NCBI RefSeq assembly: GCF_003018255.1
Contig: NZ_CP027440.1
Length of the DNA stretch: 64,000 bases
Reading direction: 5' to 3' (one strand)
Source: Escherichia coli
GTDB taxonomy: Bacteria; Pseudomonadota; Gammaproteobacteria; Enterobacterales; Enterobacteriaceae
Shown: piece by piece, positions 57,424 to 64,000 of the stretch
Layout of the letters: each line of letters starts with the position of its first letter
Position numbering within the stretch: the first letter of the stretch is position 1
Translations under genes and position numbers: made by a program
Notes under the pieces: model-generated
What the model was told of the DNA's origin: nothing
Databases searched by the model: none
What the model saw: the letters and a program-made list of their open reading frames with translations, nothing else

Positions 57424-58842
57424 TCAGACGCCGATATTTCTCAACTTTTCGCCTGCCATCAGTTTGCGCTCGATATGTTCCAGCGTGACATTTTTGGTTT
57501 CCGGAATGAGCCAGAAAGTGATGCCCACAAACGCAATGTTCAGCGCAGTGTAGAGCCAGAACGTACCGGCAGCGCCAATGCTATCAAGCAGTGTCAGGAA
57601 GGTCGCGCCGATAATCATATTCGACACCCAGTTTGTCGTCGTTGAGCAGGTGATGCCAAAATCGCGGCATTTCAGCGGCTGAATTTCAGAGCACAAGATC
57701 CACACCACTGGCGCGGCGCTCATCGCATAACCGGCAATACACATCATCGTCATGCCAACAGAGAGCCAGGACAAGCCACTGGAAGCCGTACCGTTATCAA
57801 ACTGCATCAGGCAGTAACCCAGCACCAGAGTGCCTAACGCCATCACGCTGAAACCAATTTTCAGAGCCGGCTTACGCCCTGCTTTATCTACCGTAAAGAC
57901 CGCAATGAAGGTAGCGAACATAAAGGTCAGCCCCACGACCAGAGTCGCAATCATCTGTTGTTCTGTGGTCGTAAAGCCCGCCATTTTGAAGATACGTGGC
58001 GCGTAGTACATGATGATGTTCATACCGGTAAACTGCTGCATCGCCTGCAACAACATACCGAGAAACACAGCACGACGGACGTTACGGTTGATCTTAAACA
58101 GTGCCCAACCGCCCTGTTTTAACTTCAGGCTTTCACGAATTTCGTTGAGTTCTTCTCGCGCTTTTTCCGACGTATCGCGCAGCATACGCAACACTTCTTC
58201 CGCCTCAATATGACGCCCTTTTTCCGCCAGCCAGCGCGGGCTATTTGGCAGGAAGACCACCAGAATAATCAGCAGGACTGCTGGTAAAGCAAGAACCCCC
58301 AACATTGCGCGCCAGTTACCGCTATAACTGAACGCTGTATCGGATAAAAACGCCAGCACGATGCCGAGTGTGACCATCAACTGGTACATACTGATCATCT
58401 TACCGCGAACGTTTTCACTTGCCATTTCAGAAAGATACAGAGGAGCGGTGTAAGACGCGATCCCGACAGCAATGCCCAGCACCACACGAGCGGCGATTAA
58501 CATCTCTACGCTGGTCGCAAATGCGGACCCTATCGAACCGAGCACAAAAAGGATAGCCCCCGCCATCAGGCTGTATTTACGCCCCAGGCGGAACGACAGC
58601 CACCCATTAAACAGCGCACCAATTGCTGCGCCGAGCATCATGCTACTGACCACCCATTCCTGCAAACGGCTGGTCAGCACAAAGTGATCGGTAATGAACG
58701 GCAACGCTCCGGCGATTACGCCGATATCAAGACCAAATAACAATCCTGCGACCGCAGCAGCTACCGAAACAAACATATTCATACGCCGCGTATCCCGCAA
58801 AGAACGTGGCGTTAAAGCAGATTCCGTATTGATAGTAACCAT
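57424..58842 (-). CDS. araE: Arabinose:H+ symporter (MFS sugar porter)
   Basis: 472 aa from [17 protein letters not shown]. 12-TM sugar porter. Confidence 0.92.
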   Translation of the reverse strand: MVTINTESALTPRSLRDTRRMNMFVSVAAAVAGLLFGLDIGVIAGALPFITDHFVLTSRLQEWVVSSMMLGAAIGALFNGWLSFRLGRKYSLMAGAILFVLGSIGSAFATSVEMLIAARVVLGIAVGIASYTAPLYLSEMASENVRGKMISMYQLMVTLGIVLAFLSDTAFSYSGNWRAMLGVLALPAVLLIILVVFLPNSPRWLAEKGRHIEAEEVLRMLRDTSEKAREELNEIRESLKLKQGGWALFKINRNVRRAVFLGMLLQAMQQFTGMNIIMYYAPRIFKMAGFTTTEQQMIATLVVGLTFMFATFIAVFTVDKAGRKPALKIGFSVMALGTLVLGYCLMQFDNGTASSGLSWLSVGMTMMCIAGYAMSAAPVVWILCSEIQPLKCRDFGITCSTTTNWVSNMIIGATFLTLLDSIGAAGTFWLYTALNIAFVGITFWLIPETKNVTLEHIERKLMAGEKLRNIGV

Positions 58843-59156
58843 TTTTTCCTGCCAGCAGAGAGTAAGACATAGTGAAAAAATACGTGAACAATTCACACAG
58901 GTGTCAGGTCGGAAATAGCATAAATATGGATTAAATTGCTGCGACATGTCGTTATGTGATGGATATTCCAATTTTCAAATTAAGTTGAATTATTGAGATT
59001 ATTATTAACCACCTAATTTTAAAGCAGATAAAATTCATAAAGTTCATTAATTGATAATTGATATGGATTATTTCATAACCATGATATGGATTATGATGAT
59101 CTACAGGTATAAAAAACCCTGCCATGCGGCAGGGTCATAAAAGTAAGAGAAATGAA

Positions 59157-59918
59157 TTAACGAGCCAGCCAACCGCCATCCACGGCAATGGTATAACCAT
59201 TCACATAATCTGAAGCGCTGGAGGCAAGGAACACTACCGGCCCCATCAGGTCACTCGGCAGTCCCCAACGGCCAGCTGGAATGCGGTCGAGAATTTCCGC
59301 GCTACGTTGTTCATCTGCCCGTAGTTGTTGAGTATTGTTGGTTGCCATGTAACCCGGAGCTATCGCATTAACATTAATGTTGTGTTTAGCCCATTCATTC
59401 GCCATCAATCGCGTCACGCCCATCACGCCGCTTTTTGATGCGGTATAAGAAGGCACACGGATCCCGCCCTGGAAGGAGAGCATTGACGCGATATTGATAA
59501 TCTTGCCGCCATTGCCTTGCGCGATAAAGTGTTTCGCCGCTGCCTGAGACATGAAGAATACGCTCTTGATATTCAGGTTCATGACATCGTCCCAGTCTTT
59601 TTCGCTGAACTCGAGAGCGTCTTCGCGGCGAATCAATCCGGCGTTATTCACCAGGATATCAATATGACCAAACTCAGCTACCGCGCGATCCAGCAGTGCT
59701 GGAATGCCATCAATCTTTCGCAGATCGGCGGTCAGGCTTAAAAAACGACGCCCCAGCGCCGTGACCTGCTTGATGGTTTCAGTCGGTTCAACGATGTTAA
59801 TGCCAACAATGTCACAGCCTGCTTGCGCCAGCCCCAACGCCATCCCCTGGCCCAGCCCAGTATCACAACCAGTGACGACCGCAACTTTACCTTCGAGAGA
59901 AAATGCACTTAAAATCAT
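59157..59918 (-). CDS. kduD: 2-dehydro-3-deoxy-D-gluconate 5-dehydrogenase (SDR)
   Basis: 253 aa. SDR motif VTGCDTGLG. Confidence 0.92.
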   Translation of the reverse strand: MILSAFSLEGKVAVVTGCDTGLGQGMALGLAQAGCDIVGINIVEPTETIKQVTALGRRFLSLTADLRKIDGIPALLDRAVAEFGHIDILVNNAGLIRREDALEFSEKDWDDVMNLNIKSVFFMSQAAAKHFIAQGNGGKIINIASMLSFQGGIRVPSYTASKSGVMGVTRLMANEWAKHNINVNAIAPGYMATNNTQQLRADEQRSAEILDRIPAGRWGLPSDLMGPVVFLASSASDYVNGYTIAVDGGWLAR

Positions 59919-59947
59919 AACAATACCTTATTCGTTTATGCCCACAA

Positions 59948-60784
59948 CTAGCGCAAATCTTTAACGGCCACATGGTCCATATCATCAAAAACCTGGTTTT
60001 CACCGACCATGCCCCAGATAAAGGTATAAGCTTTGGTTCCGACGCCGGAATGGATCGACCAGCTCGGGGAGATCACCGCCTGCTCGTTATGCATCACAAT
60101 GTGACGCGTTTCTTGCGGTTGCCCCATCATGTGGAAAACGCAGGCGTCATCATCCATATTGAAATAGAAATAAACTTCCATCCGGCGCTCGTGGGTGTGA
60201 CACGGCATGGTGTTCCACAAGTTACCTGGAGCCAGCTCCGTCAGCCCCATACTCAATTGGCAGGTTTCCAGCACATCCGGGACAAAATATTTGTTAATCG
60301 TGCGACGGTTACTGGTGAGGTTATCGCCTAACGTGACTGGAGATACTTCGTCCGGTGTGACTTTTTTGGTGGGATACGTCGTATGCGCGGGTGCGCAATT
60401 GTAATAAAACTTCGCCGGAGTGGCGGTATCAATACTGGCAAAGACAACTTCTTTTGCACCTTTACCAACATACAGGGCTTCGCGGTGACCGATTTCATAG
60501 CATTGACCATCGACAGTAATCGTACCGGCACCGCCAATATTGATAATACCTAACTCGCGACGTTCAAGGAAATAGCTTACGCCGAGTTGTTTACCAACTT
60601 CCCCGCCAACGGAAACCGTTTTAGTTACCGGCATAATGCCGCCAACAATAATACGGTCAATGTGGCTGTAAACCATGGTGTACTCATCGGCGACAAATAC
60701 CTTTTCAACCAAAAATTCATTGCGCAGCCCCTGGGTATCCAGCGTTTTTGCGTGCGCACTGTGGATGCTCTGTCTTACGTCCAC
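59948..60784 (-). CDS. kduI: 5-dehydro-4-deoxy-D-glucuronate isomerase
   Basis: 278 aa. Conserved sequence, adjacent to kduD. Confidence 0.92.
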   Translation of the reverse strand: MDVRQSIHSAHAKTLDTQGLRNEFLVEKVFVADEYTMVYSHIDRIIVGGIMPVTKTVSVGGEVGKQLGVSYFLERRELGIINIGGAGTITVDGQCYEIGHREALYVGKGAKEVVFASIDTATPAKFYYNCAPAHTTYPTKKVTPDEVSPVTLGDNLTSNRRTINKYFVPDVLETCQLSMGLTELAPGNLWNTMPCHTHERRMEVYFYFNMDDDACVFHMMGQPQETRHIVMHNEQAVISPSWSIHSGVGTKAYTFIWGMVGENQVFDDMDHVAVKDLR

Positions 60785-61070
60785 ATCAACCTCCGATAAT
60801 CAGTGAAGCGTGAAAATAGAAAACGATAGTGAAACGCTGTTTCGTTTTCTCTATAAGGGGATGATATGCCCACGGGATAGGGTTTTCAATTAAAAATAAA
60901 ACAATGTTTCATTTTTAAGGTAAGGACTGAAAAAAGTGCAGTGTCGATCACGAATATGTCATGAGAATGGAAAAATCAGGGAGCCCTGAAAAGGTATGTC
61001 GACTCGCCAGCCACCATTATTCAACAGATTAATGACGGCTGATATTTATCGGTAAGGAGGAAATGCAGAG

Positions 61071-62252
61071 CTATTCGTCACGTTCAATGGTCAATGCCAC
61101 GCCCTGGCCCCCGCCGATACAAAGCGTAGCCAGTCCTTTGCGGGCATTACGTTTCACCATTTCATGAACCAGAGAAACGAGGATTCGGCAACCGGAAGCG
61201 CCTATTGGGTGACCGAGTGCGATCGCGCCACCATTGACATTGACACGACGCTCATCCCATTCAAGCATCTTGCCAACCGAAAGCGCCTGTGCAGCAAACG
61301 CTTCATTAGCCTCGATAAGATCGACATCAGCCAACTGCCAGCCTACACGCTCCAGGCAACGGCGGGTCGCATACACCGGCGCAATTCCCATCAATGCCGG
61401 ATCTACACCAACGCTGGCAAATGCGCGGATGCGGGCCAGCACGGGTAAATTCAACGCTCGTGCTTTGGCTTCGCTCATCATCATTACTGCAGCTGCGCCA
61501 TCGTTTATGGATGATGCATTACCCGCTGTCACAGAACCGAGACTATCAAATGAAGGATTTAAACGGGCTAAGCCTTCTGCACTGGCGTCAGTGCGTGGCT
61601 GCTCATCGGTATCAACAACCAACGTCTGACCGTTACTTTGGGTCATTACCGGGACGATCTCATCTTTAAATCGTCCAGCGTCAATCGCCGCTCGCGCTTT
61701 TTGTTGCGAGCTAAGTGCGTAAGCATCCTGCAACTGACGGCTGATGCCATATTCGCGAGCCAGATTTTCGGCGGTGACACCAATATGATAATCATTGAAG
61801 GCATCCCACAACCCATCGTGCACAAGACTATCAACCAACTGGCTATTGCCAAGCTGTGCACCGGTGCGGCTATCAGTCAGAACATGTGGTGCGCGGCTCA
61901 TGTTTTCCTGGCCACCGGCGATGACAATATCAGCCTCGCCACACTGTATCGCCTGAGTAGCCAGATGCAGTGCTTTAAGCCCGGAACCGCAAACGTCATT
62001 AATAGTGATTGCAGAAACGCTATTAGGAAGACCACCTTTAATAGCCGATTGCCTTGCCGGATTCTGCCCTGCCCCTGCAGTCAACACCTGACCAAGAATT
62101 ACTTCATCCACCGCATATGCAGGAACGCCGGTACGTTCTATTAACGCTTTCACGACCAAGCTGCCAAGTTCCACGGCGGAATGACCCGCTAACGCACCAC
62201 GGAAGCAGCCGATGGGTGTCCGTAACGCCCCGACAATCACAACGTCTTTCAT
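61071..62252 (-). CDS. yqeF: Acetyl-CoA acetyltransferase (thiolase) family protein
   Basis: 393 aa. Thiolase signatures including the C-terminal GGGQG region. Confidence 0.9.
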   Translation of the reverse strand: MKDVVIVGALRTPIGCFRGALAGHSAVELGSLVVKALIERTGVPAYAVDEVILGQVLTAGAGQNPARQSAIKGGLPNSVSAITINDVCGSGLKALHLATQAIQCGEADIVIAGGQENMSRAPHVLTDSRTGAQLGNSQLVDSLVHDGLWDAFNDYHIGVTAENLAREYGISRQLQDAYALSSQQKARAAIDAGRFKDEIVPVMTQSNGQTLVVDTDEQPRTDASAEGLARLNPSFDSLGSVTAGNASSINDGAAAVMMMSEAKARALNLPVLARIRAFASVGVDPALMGIAPVYATRRCLERVGWQLADVDLIEANEAFAAQALSVGKMLEWDERRVNVNGGAIALGHPIGASGCRILVSLVHEMVKRNARKGLATLCIGGGQGVALTIERDE

Positions 62253-62506
62253 CACAACCTCGCACCAATTAACAGTGCAATAGTAAATGAATGTTAATTA
62301 CAGTTATCTTAATTGTTTAAAAAAAGTGATTTTTATCACAAAGGAAATATGCCTGAGTAGCAATCAGAGACATAACTGGCACGTAAGGTTTGCAACCACT
62401 AACCCACCAATAGAGAGGTAGAAAGGGCGTTAATCTCCCATACTTAACCTGGTTTATGGTAAATTGCCCTCCATTTTGTTTAATTTGTAGATGATACGTT
62501 CAGATA

Positions 62507-63736
62507 ATGTCTAATATTTGGTCAAAAGAAGAAACTCTGTGGAGTTTCGCGCTCTACGGCACAGCCGTTGGTGCAGGCACGCTCTTCCTTCCTATTCAGT
62601 TAGGTTCGGCGGGGGCTGTGGTCCTGTTTATTACTGCTCTGGTCGCCTGGCCTTTAACATATTGGCCACATAAAGCCTTATGCCAGTTCATCCTCTCATC
62701 GAAAACATCAGCAGGTGAAGGGATAACGGGCGCGGTAACACACTACTATGGCAAGAAGATTGGTAATCTGATTACCACGCTGTACTTCATCGCCTTTTTT
62801 GTCGTCGTGTTGATATATGCAGTGGCAATTACCAACTCACTTACAGAACAGCTGGCAAAGCATATGGTTATTGATCTTCGCATCCGTATGTTGGTGAGTC
62901 TGGGGGTTGTATTAATCCTGAATCTCATTTTTCTGATGGGACGCCATGCCACTATTCGGGTAATGGGATTTTTGGTATTCCCATTGATTGCCTATTTCTT
63001 ATTTCTTTCTATTTACCTGGTCGGTAGTTGGCAACCTGATCTATTAACAACCCAGGTAGAGTTCAATCAGAATACCCTTCACCAGATATGGATATCGATT
63101 CCCGTGATGGTTTTCGCTTTTAGCCATACGCCCATTATTTCTACGTTTGCCATAGACAGACGTGAAAAATATGGCGAACACGCTATGGATAAATGCAAAA
63201 AAATTATGAAAGTCGCTTATCTCATCATCTGCATAAGTGTATTGTTCTTTGTCTTTAGCTGCCTGCTTTCTATTCCACCTTCGTATATTGAAGCGGCTAA
63301 AGAAGAAGGGGTTACCATTTTATCGGCGCTTTCTATGCTGCCGAACGCCCCAGCATGGTTGTCAATTTCCGGGATTATTGTCGCAGTAGTTGCGATGTCG
63401 AAATCATTCCTGGGTACGTACTTTGGCGTTATTGAAGGTGCCACAGAGGTCGTCAAAACAACATTACAGCAGGTTGGTGTAAAGAAAAGTCGTGCATTTA
63501 ACCGCGCACTATCAATTATGTTGGTATCGCTGATTACCTTCATTGTTTGTTGCATTAACCCGAACGCGATTTCGATGATTTACGCGATCAGCGGCCCGCT
63601 CATTGCCATGATACTTTTCATCATGCCTACGCTGTCAACGTATCTCATCCCGGCGCTTAAACCCTGGCGTTCCATCGGAAATCTGATTACCCTGATCGTG
63701 GGTATCCTGTGCGTATCGGTAATGTTCTTTAGCTAA
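62507..63736 (+). CDS. yqeG: Serine/threonine-type transporter family membrane protein
   Basis: 409 aa polytopic membrane protein. Conserved position after yqeF. Confidence 0.88.
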   Translation: MSNIWSKEETLWSFALYGTAVGAGTLFLPIQLGSAGAVVLFITALVAWPLTYWPHKALCQFILSSKTSAGEGITGAVTHYYGKKIGNLITTLYFIAFFVVVLIYAVAITNSLTEQLAKHMVIDLRIRMLVSLGVVLILNLIFLMGRHATIRVMGFLVFPLIAYFLFLSIYLVGSWQPDLLTTQVEFNQNTLHQIWISIPVMVFAFSHTPIISTFAIDRREKYGEHAMDKCKKIMKVAYLIICISVLFFVFSCLLSIPPSYIEAAKEEGVTILSALSMLPNAPAWLSISGIIVAVVAMSKSFLGTYFGVIEGATEVVKTTLQQVGVKKSRAFNRALSIMLVSLITFIVCCINPNAISMIYAISGPLIAMILFIMPTLSTYLIPALKPWRSIGNLITLIVGILCVSVMFFS

Positions 63737-64000
63737 TATCCGTTGTGGATGGTTCAAAATTGCTTCAATTTTGAACCATCCCAGTTTTCATAATGTTCAT
63801 TTGTTATTATTCCGCTCTATCACTTCTCTCGTAATATTATATAATTATCAGCCACTTAAACACACAAAGAGTTCTAAACATCTTAAATAAGACTATTTAA
63901 GATACATGACGATTGCATTGCGTAAACGCTTTTTATTTACAAAAAAATGGGGAAGTATTACGGCGATTGCGAAAAGTCTGAAGCGCTTGAATTAAGATAA

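Overview
Enterobacterial (Escherichia coli-like) chromosomal window in three parts. (1) Positions 1-18453 hold the 3' portion of a type VI secretion system (T6SS) cluster on the + strand, cut at the window edge: clpV/tssH C-terminal fragment, vgrG, tssM, tssA, tssF, tssG, tssJ, tssE and a membrane-anchored ImpA_N (TagA/VasL-like) gene. Two AT-rich cargo modules interrupt it: a VgrG-linked Amidase_2-type peptidoglycan amidase candidate with a signal-peptide immunity candidate, and a PAAR protein with a C-terminal HExxH domain followed by a small lipobox ORF disrupted at a T8 tract. (2) A 14-nt segment identical to the 3' end of tRNA-fMet (18661-18674) and an intrinsic terminator mark the T6SS boundary. 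A low-GC minus-strand operon follows (BglG-type antiterminator with RAT/terminator leader, PTS EIICB, MalY/PatB-like C-S lyase, SIS-domain protein, 2-hydroxyacid dehydrogenase). (3) From 24.2 kb onward the window is conserved core genome, colinear with E. coli K-12: amiC, argA, recD, recB, ptrA, recC, ppdC, ygdB, ppdB, ppdA, thyA, lgt, ptsP, rppH, mutH, ygdQ, ygdR, tas, lplT, aas, omrA, omrB, galR, lysA, lysR, ygeA, araE, kduD, kduI, yqeF, yqeG. No CRISPR array, rRNA, full-length tRNA, integrase or IS element was recognised. All calls rest on reading the ORF translations and DNA by eye; no database search was run.
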